From Lingula anatina (Eukaryota > Animalia > Brachiopoda), in NCBI GenBank assembly GCA_051362555.1, contig CM120646.1:16120001-16184000 (forward strand): a DNA stretch of 64,000 nucleotides, in the 5' to 3' direction. The position numbers and the translations under genes were made by a program. The notes under the pieces are model-generated. The model worked only from the letters and a program-made list of their open reading frames with translations. It did not search any database and was not told the origin of the DNA. Of the stretch, positions 13,501-28,500 are shown piece by piece (positions within the stretch are counted from its first letter, which is position 1; each line of letters begins with the position of its first letter).

Positions 13501-16500
13501 CCATGAAGTACATGCTTTTCGAGATATGCCTCACCTATACACCTGAATAGATTGTAACTTGCTATGAATTTTTTACTAAGTGCAAAAATGATTCACAAAG
13601 ATTAAAAAAAAAATCAAGTTTATTTTTCTTTCAAGATGCATACAAAGTCAATTTTTTGCCACAAAAACCGACCAAATGCCAGCATGTAGTTTCAAGTAGT
13701 ATACCTAAGAAAATTACCAAAAGGCATTGTTTAATTTTATCCAAAGTGATGTTTGAACGGATTTTTCTGCTAGCATTCTATGCTGTATGTCAATGGGGCA
13801 GAAAAGTAGGTCACAAAAGTAGGTTAAATTTCCGACCAAAAATTTAAAGAAAGCTGCAGTCTAAAGCTCTTTTATGGCTGATTGAGTGATCTATGCAGTT
13901 TATCCCTTGGCATGTCGAATTTATTTGAGTCATATAAGAAACTAGTAGAAGTGGTTTACATGTGTTACTGGGAATCCACGCTCCATCGATGCTCGGTTCG
14001 TATGTACCTTTAAACTCCAGTTTTAACTCGATTTCGGAGCCAAAATTATGCATGTTCAAGCGAGCTAGACTGTTAAGGTATTCTGGGGATTTCTCCAGAG
14101 TGATATCATTTCCAACTTGTCTAATTGTACTTGAGGCGTTTTCTTTTGATGTTAAGTGGTGATATTAATAATTATCAGTGGATGCCTCGTGTAACCAGTT
14201 GGTGGAATCTGAACTCTGGAAGTGTTGATAAGAATCTTCAAGTACACCATGTGGAGCTTCTCATCCAACATGCTTGGATACAACCAGGAGCCGGTCCCAC
14301 TGAATAACTCAGTCATGAGTTAGATTAAACTTGAAAACCAAATATTATATTATTTTGTGTTTTTTTTTCCCCAATTGGGAATTTTTTTGAGTTAATCCAG
14401 TAAGATGAAATATATAATAAGAATAATCATTACATAATAACAAGTTACTCATACCTCTAATTTGTAAAACAAGACTATCATCCACATTTAAGTAAACTGC
14501 TCCACCCCTGCTGTGTTCTGCATGTGTGTAAAGGACTGAAATTTTCAGTGTAGAATAAGGACCATGAAACTTTTGACTGCTGTTTCATAAAATTAGATCC
14601 AGGTGGTTTGTGACTGACTGACAGTGGAGCCCACATCAAAGGAAGACAATTTAGAGGCTTACATTCTTCATCCCATTCTATCTAGCATAGAATGGTGGAT
14701 TTAGGTTAGTATTTTAGCTATGGTGACATTAAGTCAGACAGATGATGTGTAATGGTCTGCATATTCTACAAATATGCAATATCCCCACTTTCATTTAAAA
14801 AGAGAGAGAGAGAAAAAAGATTGTATCATCCCTCAACATGAACTCATACTGATCTCTAAGGGGTTTGGCAAACTTTCACGCTATCTGAAGATTGCAATAC
14901 TTTTGGCCAATAACTTGAACACTAAATAATCCCCAGTGTAGGCAGGATCATGTTCTTGGCGAGGTATGTGATGCAATCCCATGTAAACGACTGGGTCTGG
15001 TGTCTGGCTCTGTAACTACACAGCCCACTTTCTCCCCTTACATGCTGCTGCAGAACATCTGCTGCCCTGTTTTGATAACATCAGTGAGCAGGCTGCAAGA
15101 CACTGCCTCATAGGGCCTGTTCACATTGGGTGAGCGAGGAACTGTTTTCAGGCCTTACAAACGAATTGGCCCTTTACCATCTTAAGCCCGAACAATAAAT
15201 GAACGACTTTGTGAGCCCGCACAGTAAATGAAGGACTCAAACCACAAATGAATCCCACAAACTTGAAATTATTTATCATAAGCATTTGGTTCTTAATAGA
15301 TCCAGAATACCAACAGAAGCCTATGGTCGCATTCAGAACAGTGGATTTACTAGTCAGTGGGTCAAATATGGCGACCCACTAAAAAGCTTGTCGTCTAATC
15401 CGCTAATAGACACTGAATAGATTCCCCTTGGAGAAGTATTCAAGTGGGTCGGCCATGCTAGTCCACTGTTCTGAATGCGTTGTATGGCTCAGCATTGTTG
15501 GGTGCAATCACTATAGCCTGGAGGGATACGTACTCATCTACCGTACTAGGATTAAGAATGTGTACATTTACCCCGTGGACCATTTGAAGATTACACTGCG
15601 ATTAATGCGGTGGAAAATACAATAGAGAGAGTGTATAATGATAGGGTCGCTAAACGGCATATAGTATTGTTGACGGCATATAGTAACTAGCCTAATCCCC
15701 TGGTCGCCTGGGTAGCCACGCCCCCTTAGAGTACTTATGTAAACAAACGGTCTCCCGTTGCGAACTATCCTTTTGTTCAACAGCTTCGCGCGTGCAGCTG
15801 ATTATGTATGTAGTGACACTATAGCTAACTGCATATAAATTTGTGCTAGCTGTTATTTGATTCATTCTGCTGTGTCGGATGTTGTGGATCAGCCCACTGG
15901 TTCGTTGACTTATGTTTTTCTGAAGATTGGTGGTGCAGATTTTGAGTGCTTAATTATTTACCCTCCTTCTAACAAGAGAAAGGGGAAGGGAGATAAAAAG
16001 AGAGAGTGTCAAATGAAACGGGTAATGAGTAATACATTACATTAAATAAAGGGACTCGCGGTGGAAGAAACGATAGATTGTTTTGCATCAAGGTATGCCA
16101 TTATAATCCGACATGGCCCATGACATGATCCATAACATGACTCATTGTTGTATGCCTTATATTTGTGCCGACTTATATTTTACTCTCGTTCATTTCGTGA
16201 AACTATTTCCTTGAATAAAGTTTTGCCTGTATAAATTAACTTTGTGACATGAAGTAATTAATAAAACGCGCCTGTTGAAAAGGGGGCTTTTCGTAACTAA
16301 TAAAGGTTCACTATTCAGAAAAATATCGTCGCCGTTCGTCGCCGCTACCTTCAGGAAAGCGTACCCTCCGCGTGGATCACCGGCATTTTTGATTATCTGA
16401 CAAATTAGGGCAATTTACGTTTTAGCTAATAATTCTGAATTTACTAATATTTTGGACTAAATTCGATGTCAGATTCATAGCAATGAGGGAGAGCCGCCAG

Positions 16501-19500
16501 AGTAACTGTTTAATTTTCTAAACTAATCAAACTAGAACGCGTGGCGATAAAATGTGTCGTTAGATCTTGTAAACACTCAGCGAAATGCACATTGTGACTA
16601 TATTCAATGTGCCGTCACTTAATTGCTTTCTCGATTTCATTAATTGACGATAGTAATTGCAGATAACAAGGAAGAGGAAATGCTGAAGACAAAACAACGT
16701 CGGGTCTTTGTGTGACTTTCTCCCTAAACACTTTTTATGTTGCTGTCAAAGAAAAAGGAGTCTAGAAGGCGATTTTTTAAACCACTGCTGCTGCTTTTGC
16801 AGGTAGACTTCCTCGTTTATCATTTAAATGCTCCCCTCCCCCAGCAGACTTGATGCATGTACGTCTTGGTAGCTATAGTACAGATCTTGGTTCAAGTAAT
16901 GAAAGGTTTAAGCACAAAACGATAATTTGAGGCTATTTTTTAATTCAAGACAAAATTAAGTATCTATGGTGTGTGACTTTACAAAGCTTAATTTGTCCTT
17001 AAATATATATTCCAGTAGCATAGGCGAGCGACGTAATTGTAACCTCAACTTGAGGTATCCTCGATGAAAGTGGAGTACAAAAATTAACTTTTTTAAATAT
17101 CGATTACAACATGCTGTACAATGATATTGAGACTAAAGGGTTTAATGGACTTCTTTGCCTTAAAAGCAATTCATTTCAAAATTAAAAGAAACAGTTTTTT
17201 CGGGGAGCGCGGGTAGACAGTTTACGTTAGGTGATTCGTTAAAGTCGAGGAGTGTTTCACTATCAAATGTGTAAATCATATATGTCATAAAACACTATAA
17301 GAAAGTTTTTTGTTACGATCTGCAACATTTGTTCATTTATATACCAGGGCGAAGTTAAAGCCAGAGGTAAATAGAACCTAATACCGTCATCCTCCTCGTC
17401 CGTTTATTTAAATCGTCCCGCACGAAAATGCAGTAGTATCGAAGTAGCAAAGATGCATTAACGCAGTAGAGGTGTGGAGCATATTTGCAGTAGAAATGCA
17501 GTATAGCCTACTGCAATTCTACTTCAAAAATTACATAGGGTTGTACAGAGGAGGAGCATTAATACAGTAGATTAGCAGCATGATAGAAGCATGTTTCAAA
17601 TATGCTAATTAGCTCCCACATCGAAGCAGATTTGAAGCATGTTTGCAGTATGATTGCAGTAGTCTACTGCGCTGGAGTATCTACTTCGTCTTTGTGCGGG
17701 GTATCAAAACGTTTGATACACAATGTTCATTAAATTCATAATTTTGGCTATTTATAAAAACCATATTGGTACATAAAAGTTTAAGATTAGCATAAGTTAA
17801 GCAACAACCAGTATGAAGAACAGCACCCTTTTTAAATGAGGCAGGACACCCTCTTCACACTGATTATAACCTTGAGAAAGACATTATGCAACTTAAGGCA
17901 AAGGAGTTATGCAAAGTTCTTTCAACTCGTGTGTGAATACAACACATTCTTTGTCACTTTTACAAGACAATGGAGGCGAGCAAGTAGAGTAATTACTATA
18001 TACAATAAAAAGGACATTAGTATAGAAAGCTTACTTCGGGTCAGCCCTTTGCTTGTTCAAATGAAAGAGATAGATATCGCGCCGCGACTCCCTTTATTAA
18101 ACCTTCGTGTGTTTGTGTAAAAGTGTGAAAGACAGGCAACGGTCTTTAGTCGCTGTTGATATTGTTCGCGATTAATATTGAAGTATAACTGCTTCGCCTG
18201 CATGTAAACGTGTTACTTTTCCTCATGTTTTCTATATTTCTTTTTGGTGGTTGAGACAATGGGATGAGATCGATAAAAGTAAAGGTTAATCTAAACAATT
18301 AGATGCGATTTTTGTGAAATGACTTATTAAGTGATGTGCATGTACCTAGCATGTTTAAATTCTTGAATTTCTAATTTGTTAAATCTTTCATACACTGCCT
18401 CATATATGTATTACTCTCAGGCCTTCGATATTATTGTGTTACACGGGACTCCTGGAAACCTGAAGCACAGGTCTACGGAGTCTTGTTATCCTTCATGCAG
18501 TTTTATGGCTGGGATGAACACTGCGAAGTAGAAACAGGCTTTACTTAGCTTTACTTGATGCACGACAGTTTAAACAAAACCAGTCTGCAAGGCTTGCTTT
18601 GATTTGGCGTTAACCTTACACTGGTTTTAAAAAAACAAATATAAATACGTTCGATGGATTAAATGCCGGCTTCGTTATATTTTAACTAAATGCGTTCATT
18701 TGCACAGGTACACAGATAATATTTTTAAGTTGTCTGTCGTTCAGCACGCATTATAGGCGAGTAGCTAAATAGTGACGGTGATCAATCCAAGCTCAATCTT
18801 GGCAAGTATCGTTTACAAAATAGATCATGTTGAATAAACTTATAATTACGCTTTAATAAATAATCAACACACGGTTCGGTTATTGTCACTTGAAAGCTTT
18901 CGATCAAAGACGTTCAATGAAATCACAAATCATTTGACGATTAAAAAATGGACATGTTCAAGGGGCAGTTTTTGTTTCAGCTAAAGGGACTTCGGGTTCA
19001 GGTAGAGGGTTCAGTTACGTGTTTCATCGAATGATAGCATCACGCCCTAGGTCTAAGCGAGTTGAATAGAAGCTTTTTATCCAAACATCCTATTCTTAAC
19101 TACTGAGTTAGGACAAAGGTCTAGTAACATGCACTGTGCAATTACTATAATGGATCAGATGCATACTTGATTGTTTTTCCTCTGGTGTCGCACGTATGCA
19201 TCCTTTCTTGAGTGATCTAAAACAAGTCGCTAGTGTACCATGTTTCTCACTGTAGCAAAATATGTTCGACATGGTGTTTCTGAACGGCAGCCGGAGACAC
19301 AGTAATTGTATAGGCATGCTTTAAGCTTGTTCGAGAGATAATAACAGTCGGGTTTAACAATAGATAGCGAACTATAGTAAGACCCCCTCCTCTTTAACTG
19401 ATGATTTACACTTTTAATTAACCGTACTTTCGTATATTGTATGATCATACAGCCAGACTTCCCCCTGTTGCACGTTGTAGTTGGATTGTCATTGCGCCTA

Positions 19501-22500
19501 TGTCAATGCACCTCATTTAATTTCAATATTATAATATAAGCATAATTTAAGTAATATGTTATTTCCTTATTCCTCTTTCATTATCATTCATGTTTTATAA
19601 ATACTTGAACGCTTGAATGCAGATATTTCAAATTAAAACGTAAGTACATAAATAAATTATACATTTATAAATTAATGCAATAGGAATTTTTTGAGACAGA
19701 TTGATCCTGACGCTCATGCATTTCAACCAAACAAACAATAATTAGTTCAATTTTTGACTGCGGAAATTTCATATAGTATGAAATAACTGATAACAAATTT
19801 AACTAGCAGTTTGTTAGCAACACTAAAAACCAGCTGCGCGTGCCAAACTAGTGAACAAAAGGACAGTTCGCTTCGCGTGGCACGCCTTAGCATGGGTTTA
19901 GCCTCTTCAAGCTATAATCCTATCGCCGCAACAAACAATAGGGACCTTCTGGCTGATGTATCCTGCTGTTAATTACACCTAGTTACAGCAGATTGTCACG
20001 CTCGCGCTGGGCCACAGAAACCGGCATCATGGGGTTTACTCGTATTAAGTATTTTGTTATTCCACCTTAGCTATTGTGTTTGTGCGTTCGAATTTTGAAG
20101 GGATTTATACGGCCCTCCATTGTTTGTCCGCCCCCTTCTATTCACAAGATAGGGATTAAAACATTTCGAACGTTGTTACACCGGTGTACAACGGAAACAA
20201 AATTATTCCGACCACTGTATATTATTTGCTATATATCCAAGTTACACTTGTTGGATTGACTCTTAATTGATATGAATATAGTATGTGGAGCAATGGCAAC
20301 TCCCAAGCTACTTGCAAGTAATTTTAAAACTAACCAAAACGGAAGTTTTTAGACCCCCTGACCCTCCCTCCTTCCCTAGATGTGAATGGACAGAATGATT
20401 TAAAGGATTTTTGTATGTTTGTAGTTTTTTTTATTCTGTCTTTCTGTCATCCAGTTTTGAACTGGTCTAAATTCACTGTAACTGCAAAAAGTGAGATCTA
20501 GTAAGTTCATGAAAACAACATGGGCTTTGAAATGTGAGGGATGACCTGTAAAAAAGGTGATTGAATCCTTCTTCAGGAAACTTGGTCCTGATTATTATCA
20601 TCCTTCCTGTGATTTCAAGTGCTTGTGTCTCCATGGAAATGAGAGTCTCAAAGTTGCTTTCAAATATTGCAGACAAGCTTACTGCCCTTGTATATCACTT
20701 TTTTATGGACACTTTAATCAAAAGACTACTTTTCGCTGAAAATGCCCCAAAGGCATATTTTTCAGTCTTTTGAAATCCTGCAAAAATACTTGTTTGACTG
20801 AAGAAACAAAATCTCTGAAATATGAAGAAATATTCTTCTGAAGTGACTGGAAGACATAAGGTGGTCAAAATGAATCATGATTTATTAAGAAGTAAGTTAA
20901 TTAGAAATTATACAAAATAGCAAGTAGGTCCAGCAATAAAGCAAAACAACTGTGACCTTTATTTTTTATGTGAAACCAGCCATAGGTATCAAACCCTGGT
21001 GTGAACAAAGATATCTCTATCCTAAGGCTATTTCCAGAGGTCAAATCAGATTGTGATCTCAGTATATATGGTCTGTGCACATGTGACAAAACAATGTGAA
21101 ATAACTGTAAAGGAAACACTTGGATTGTTCTGCAATCACAACTCCAGCAGTGATGTAAAGCAAATAGAAGGACAAATCACAGGGAAGTAAACTGCTTGAA
21201 AGGTTGATCACAAGCACTTCTGTGGCAACCCACGCCAACTTCCAGCAGTGATGTAATGTGAAAAAGAATGAATACACATGGGCATGCTGAGAATTTTGTG
21301 GTTTTGTTGAAGAGTGGGATCTTCAAGTCTGGTGCATAATGAAGAAGAGTTAGCTTAAACCATTGCGCCAAACAGAAAAAAAAGCAAGAGAAACTGTCCA
21401 GTATTATGGTGCAGTATTATGGTGCTGGCATGCAGTATTTTCCAAATGGCTCATTGTTGAAGTTCCATTTAAAAAATGTCATTTATCGTGTATTGTTCCA
21501 TAATCATAATTTGACTGAATTTTTAAAGCTGTTCGGTTATTACAGCTTTGCTAGTGTGAACATGGCAAGGGATGTATCAGATTGCAGGGCCACCTGGTGG
21601 TAAAATCCACCTCAGCTGTTAACTGTATTGCTTCCTAATTTAGCTTCACTGATAGATAATGATTTGATAAATTTATATTATGAGTAAGGTAATTGGTTAG
21701 ATAGGGAAATGCTTTGTCAAATGTAGGGAATTCCAGATTGTTTTTCGTATAAGCTGAAAAGTATAAGACATGGACATATTGTGGAATGATTCGTGTAATT
21801 TACATTTTTGTTTGGCTATTTAAATGTGCATTCGACAGAAATGAAAAAAGAAAAAAAAAATGAATGAATGAAACCTGCGCAACACTGACCCCAGAAACAT
21901 GGTAGTAACCGTTAAAGGGCCTATACAGTGATATTTATTTATTTATTTTTAATGTAGGGTGTCATTGCTGATTAGCCGTGTTACTGAAGAGATTGTACCC
22001 AGATTCAAATTGACCAAATCCTGTTGAAAGAGATCTCTAATGGGCTAGGGAGACTTGTTTATTGGTTCAAAAAGGTCAAGGGTGTCTGGGTCAGCTGAGG
22101 GCATTTGTGATGGCTGTCAAAGTTTTCTTTTTTCAGTCACATGAAACTTGTTTTGAAGCTGATTCTCGTTTCCCTAAAATATGAAAATAATGATGTTTGA
22201 AAATTATTATAGTGATAATTGTACAGCAACAAATGATACCAAGACCGTCATAGGTGCCAGCTAAGCAAAATGCCAACCTCAGATGATTTTATGGTGGCCC
22301 ATAATGCACACCCAAGTTTCTTGTGTCAAATCTGTGCTCACTCTTTTTTTTCTGGGCAGGGTGAACAAGAACTGCTCAGTAGATTTTGTTGATAAAATAC
22401 TGGTGGGATAGAATGATGCAGTTATATTTTTCTTTGTGCAAACTTGCCTTCAAATACACAGAGCAGTAATAGCATATCACATGCACATGATGTAACTTGG

Positions 22501-25500
22501 TGTGGGGTTAAGTGGGAGCACCTGCCTACACTGCTCCTGCCCTGCCTAATTGGATTGAGTAAACAGTCAAGTGAAGTGTGGTAATAGTGATAATTACCAG
22601 AGTACACCATGGAGTTACCTCATTTAAAGAGGCATTAGATCTCTCTCTCTCTCTCTCTCTCATATGAAAGAAAAAAGAACAAGTTTGACAGTAGTACTAG
22701 AAAAACCATTGAGGATGCTATGGATAATTTTTCTGTTGACTATCTAAAAAGACTTCACTTTCCCCACAAATTATAAAATTACCAAGTTCAAATACAAACA
22801 TTGTTTCTAAAGGCTTACAATGTGGCATGGTATTGAATTTAAAAAAAATGCGGCACTGGCTTTTGGCTATTTCGGAAGTTTGTTGCACCTGCTGTTTGGT
22901 AATTGGGCATTCCCAAACCTATGAACAGAAACATCATAGGCTGAATAAGTAGAAGGCCAGACATACATTGTATTGTCTACGGAAGATGATTTCCTGGGGA
23001 GGATTTAAGAAGAAATTTTCGAAGGAAACTTTTATTTTGTTGTTTTTAATTTGCTTTTTTTGTGTCAAAACCATTATCACTTTCTAGTGTGGATACAGGA
23101 TTGCTGCTATCAGATTCCCACAGGCTCAAGGCTGAAAATTTTGTTTTGGTTGTTTAGCAGACACTTAAAGAAGAAAAACAAAACTATTTTGCCCACAGTT
23201 TTTCCAAAATAAAGTTGTCACTTAGCATTTTGGTTTTGACTGTATTATGCAGCTTTAGTGTTTGCCATCCAGGTTAATAAATGGTTTTTGGACATGTGAT
23301 GGTGATGATCAAAGAGAAAAGGTCAGTATTCTCTTGATAAGTATTCCTTAAAGACTATATGACTCCCTCCCCCCCCTCCCCCATTTTTGGTGAGTAACAA
23401 AAAGAAATTGTGTACAAAATGTTGAAATCTTAAATCTGCGTAAACTGGCCAATTAAAGGTGCTGTCTTTATAGATTAGGCCACATACACAGTGGCTATAC
23501 CTGCCTGCTGTGATTGTGATTACTCTGTAGCCACACACCTGTCTCTAGTCAGACTGCACATTACAGGGAGAGAGGGTCAGTTTGGAGGAGAATTATACTC
23601 GAGTTCTGAGTCGATTGCATCTGGCAAAGAGTTAGACTTGACTGGATGTAGTCTGTCTGGACCCCCCACCCCCAACCCCCACCCCCTTTCAATATGTGCA
23701 TAAATGGTCACGTGTGCATGCTGACACATAAGTGCACATGCTAACAAATACACACAGGCTCACGTACCCCACTTTATAAAGGAAAGAGATCATTGTTGCA
23801 GCCATATATCTGTGTCTGTATGATGGACTTGGGTGATCATTCATTCTATTAGTTGAGTGTTATGAGTTGTTGCTGCCTGGGTTTCTTAGTTGGTTAACAC
23901 TATACAGAAGGAGTACTCAAGTGATTGGTCATTTGTTTCCCAACCAGTCATCCATTTAGGCTGAAAAAGAAAAGGAGCAAACTGCAGGAGTTGACAAATG
24001 CATCAACTGTAGTGATTATACTCAGTTGCCACCTAACTCTGTAATACCATTTGGTGCTTAGTAACCATTTCTAGCAACACAGGGTCTGAACTTGTTACAA
24101 ATTCTCTGAAAGATTGCTCTTCAGATCAGATTTATGTAACCCTGAAATAAATTCACATTTCTGAAAATTTCTTCAAAGCTTTGGCCCTGTTTCAAAAAAA
24201 AAAAAAAAAGTTTACTCGAAAGTTGTTTTCACATTTACTATTTCGTTCTACAATTAAAGTTTGATCCGTTGTCTACAATCATCCTGGGAGATACATTGTA
24301 TGTGCATCAGTCCACTGTCAATCAGAAACTTCTGCAATTTCTTCCCTTTCATTCAACAGCTAGGTCACATTTCCTTGTTTAAGAGGACTGCTACTGATTT
24401 TTCTTAGGTCAAAGTAGATACAAATTTTCTGGTCTTTTAAAAACCTTAAAATGTTTGAGTCAACTTTGGACTACATTTATTTTGTGAAGTGGGACTTTAA
24501 CTTCAGATCTGTCATCTATGGGTCATGCACAGTTGCCACAAAAGTCAATTAGAAATGTGCTTGTTGCAGTGCATACAAAACCTACAGGTGTGTACACAGA
24601 GGTGCACAGATGATTAAAAAAACGTTCCGTGCCTATCCCACCAACTGGGAAGCCCACCGGGATGCAGGATGCTACTGGCACTAGTGGGTATATACGGATG
24701 GCATTATTGAAGAGGACATCCCTTGGAAGAGTTCCCATGACAGATTGATGACATCAAGTATGAGATCAGACTGGAGAAAATGTGCAAACTGTTTTCCTAT
24801 GTGATAACCTGTCTTGAAAGTGTTCGCTGACATATTAATCTATTTCTGACATTTCTTTTCTTGCAGGATTAAGTGTTTTTGAAATACAGCTGTACAAAGT
24901 GTTTACTGTTGTTGGTTCATCTTATCTGGGAGAGTAATGGACTTGCAATGCATACTACTCAGGAATACTGAAATGAATTTAAATGAGAGGAGGGTTTAGA
25001 ATTACCACTTAGGCTGTATTCCCAGAGCTTTGAGATCGATCTATCCCCGCGGGGAGTCTCACTAGATTACTGTCAGATAATCCGGCTTAAATGTCCGTCC
25101 CGCCTACCACAAGCTATAAGGGGGTAATTATTTTCGTGTCTGCTCGGCTGACAGCTATTTAGCGTGAACCCCCAGGGAGTTAGGTCGATCTAAAGTAGAT
25201 CGATCTAATCTCTGGAAATGGGGTCTTATAGTGCACAACATTACACCAGAGTCAATGAAGGTGATATTAATTTGGCAAGTTCGAGGAGTCAATACAGTTT
25301 CTTAGAGTTTCCAGAATATGAATGTCTGCTGGATGGTAGACAACATTATTTCCATATTTACGTGTAAAATAACAGTAAGTAATGTTGCTGGATTTTGTGT
25401 ACGTGATTTAATTTCTATGAACACACGCAAGGCATGCAGCAAGGGACCATTCCCAGCGCCTGCCTTACTAATTGTGGATTTTCTCAAAGTTGCAATCAAC

Positions 25501-28500
25501 TAAAGAGACTTAGATGTCTGTCATGCCTACTCAAGCTGCAAGGGGGGGGGGGGGGAGGGGTTATTATTTAATAATTAAATAATTATTGTTAAGCAGCTTT
25601 GGTAGGCGTGCCAGACATATAAGCCACTTAAGCTGAAAGCAATTTAGCGAGAAACCCCTTGGAAATAGATCGATCTTGTTAGATCTAGTTATGGGAACCT
25701 AGTCTAAAAGGGTCCACGCTTCCAGAAAAAGAAATCCTGTAAAATTGCAGGCCTGTAGCGTGAGGGTTGCCAACACTCCACATCACCTAATGAGCATTTT
25801 GACAACTAGTCAGGATCGATTCCCCTTGTTTTCAGGTGTTAATAACACATAAAACAATAAATCAGCTCATTTTGAGTACTTTGGCAACTTGGGCAACACC
25901 ATGCATATTAGTATTTTAATATGGGGATCAGAATAGCACTTTGGAGGCTAGGGTAGGGTAGTCTTGAGATGCACTGATTCATTTCTCTGACTACAAATGA
26001 CCCATGCAACAGTGAAAACTGTCAAGTTAAATTGCCTGAAATGCATTTCACCTATGTTTCGTATGTGACCTTTTTAACACTGTTGGGTAGCTGCTGCTAT
26101 TTTTGTCGAACTGGCATGATAAATTTTGCTACTTCTGTGCACTATTCACAGGAAAAGTGTTTATGGGTTCTTCCACAGGAATATCTGCCTCTGTAGCATA
26201 TTTCCCTTCCTTTGTGTATAATATAAACTTAATGCCTCATATCTTTTTGAAAAAGAAGGAGAATAATTTTTTCTTGGTCAATATTAGTAGAAAAAAGGTG
26301 CAAGATATTTATTAATTAATTTATTTAAATAAAACATTCATTTGTAAGGTCTTTGTTAGATTGTATTGTGATTAAAAATTATTTTCACGATCACCTATGG
26401 CTTTAACATTCATAACCTACCTCCTTTCCATATAAGTACCTTTCTGGTGAAATTTGTTTTAAATGAGTGAAATTTGATTAGAGATATGCCTGGCTCATCG
26501 TGGGAAAAAAAGACCTGATAAGGATGAAACATGTGAAAGATTTCCACTGACGATTCTTTTTATGATGTTCTCAGATTGCTAAAAGATTTGTTTGAGACAG
26601 CTGGCTCTTTGGCCTCATAGATAGCATTTCTAGTGGGTGAGGAGTGATTCTTGTGTTTGATTTTTTTTTTTTTTTTACCCTAATGAAAAGAAAGTTAAGT
26701 CTTGAATATAAAGATAATATACATGTAGTGAAAATTCTTCTTTAATTCAATTCTTGTGTAAATACAGTATAATTTAGGAGAGGAAAGGAAAAATCACAAA
26801 CTACATATATAATGCATTTCAGTAGAGAGCAGAATTCTAACATTTTAAATTCACATGATCTTGATGTGAAGAGAATTTAAGGGCAGGTGTCAAGTCGAAA
26901 GATGATGGAATAGAAAAAAGGCTAAATCAAATACCACAGACTCTTTTTCTGGAGAAAAACAAACTTGGACAGGCACACTTATAGTGACAGCTTGACTGAG
27001 CTTTCAAAGATGAGACTAGTAAATGTTTAGTCTGCCAATTAGCACCCTGCTTGTCTCCATCCTCTGTAGATGATACCATGGTCTCATGCAAACTCATTAT
27101 AATACTTGCATACACATTAAATTGAAACAAAGTAATATTTTGACAGAAATTCCTGAAAACCTATTTTTTTGCAAACTTTTTGAAAGAAGGATTGAATTCA
27201 TACCACAATTCATATTGGTTTGGTGGAAATAGTACAAATAGAGAGATTATGTATATACTCATAGTGCAAATTTAAATGTGATTCAATTACAGATATAAGA
27301 CATGAAAAGATGCTTTCACTACCATTATTTATGTAAAATAGAAATATTAGGCTTTAAAAGATACATATTCGTAGTACTGATTTGTATGTTAATTGGAGAT
27401 AATGGGCATTTAAAAAAATATATATATATGTGTGTGTGTGTGTGTGCGTGTGCGTGCTCTTTTGGAATAAGTTGGTTTAGATTTATGTGGGATTGTCGTA
27501 AGCCCTAATGAAAACGGTTTTGACAGACTGACGAAGAATGCTTTGCCAGTACAATGTTAACCTAATATTTTGTTTCCTTCCAAATTGCTTTCATGTCCTG
27601 TTCGATCCCTCGTTTGTTTCTTCATGAGTTGGTGACATTCACATGTAGGTAGTGACGGGAAAGGTCATTTTTGACAGAAAAAAAATGATATAATCTCAAT
27701 GACTACTTAGATATTTTGAAATCTAAATTAATCAATTGATATACAACTTTAATCTTTGTAAAATTCGGTTTCAGAATCTCCAGCACAAGAAGTTGCAGTA
27801 GAATTGGGTGATGATGTGCAGCTCAACTGTTCCTTTCCAGTTACTGAAGGTGGTAAGTTGTGGTGGTGGCTGGGGGGATAAGTATTGCAATTTACTTGAT
27901 TTTATGTTATTACTATAAGTGCGCATGCATGATATGGTATTCCCCATGCATATGCGTATTCACATACAAGAAGGGTAAAAACTGGCTTTGAACAGTCCAT
28001 CTCTTGAGAAAGCTTTTATTGGTGGTTTAGAAAACCCCTCTGGTATTGAATGTTAACAAAAAACACTTGGGTGTAAATCATGTTTGAAGCTTTACGTATG
28101 CTTATTTGTGAAGTCCGATCTTATTAGAGTTTTAAGGTAATCGGATCAGGTGCACAGTCATAGTGCAAGCATATGGAACCTTTTGAGAATTTGCATGTTT
28201 TAAGGTGTACATATGAAAACCACAGTTTGCATTGGGTGGGCCTTCACTGGTCTAGAAATAAAGAAAATTATCAATAGGTGGTACATTAACATGTGACATT
28301 TATTACTTTTTAATTAAGTCAGAGAACTTGTATGTCCCCCCCTCTTTGTGAAAACAAGAATGATTGACTGATGCATGTAGATTTTAATATATTTCATAAA
28401 ATTTAATTATATAATAATAATAAAGTTGCCTTATTTTGCTCACCTATTGTATAGTCTTTTTCTTTATAATCTAGTGATTCCTAGCTTGAACTGGCAGAAA

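Noticed and set aside
24600-24940. GC-richer coding-looking stretch and a strong acceptor at 24866
   Set aside because: In-frame stops in all frames and no domain motif.
2938-27774. Dscam-like alternative Ig exons or a second signal-peptide exon in intron 1
   Set aside because: No Ig-motif exon or hydrophobic phase-1 leader with a good donor was found. The candidate at 16737-16802 is phase 0 and basic; the one at ~23566-23647 has a weak donor.
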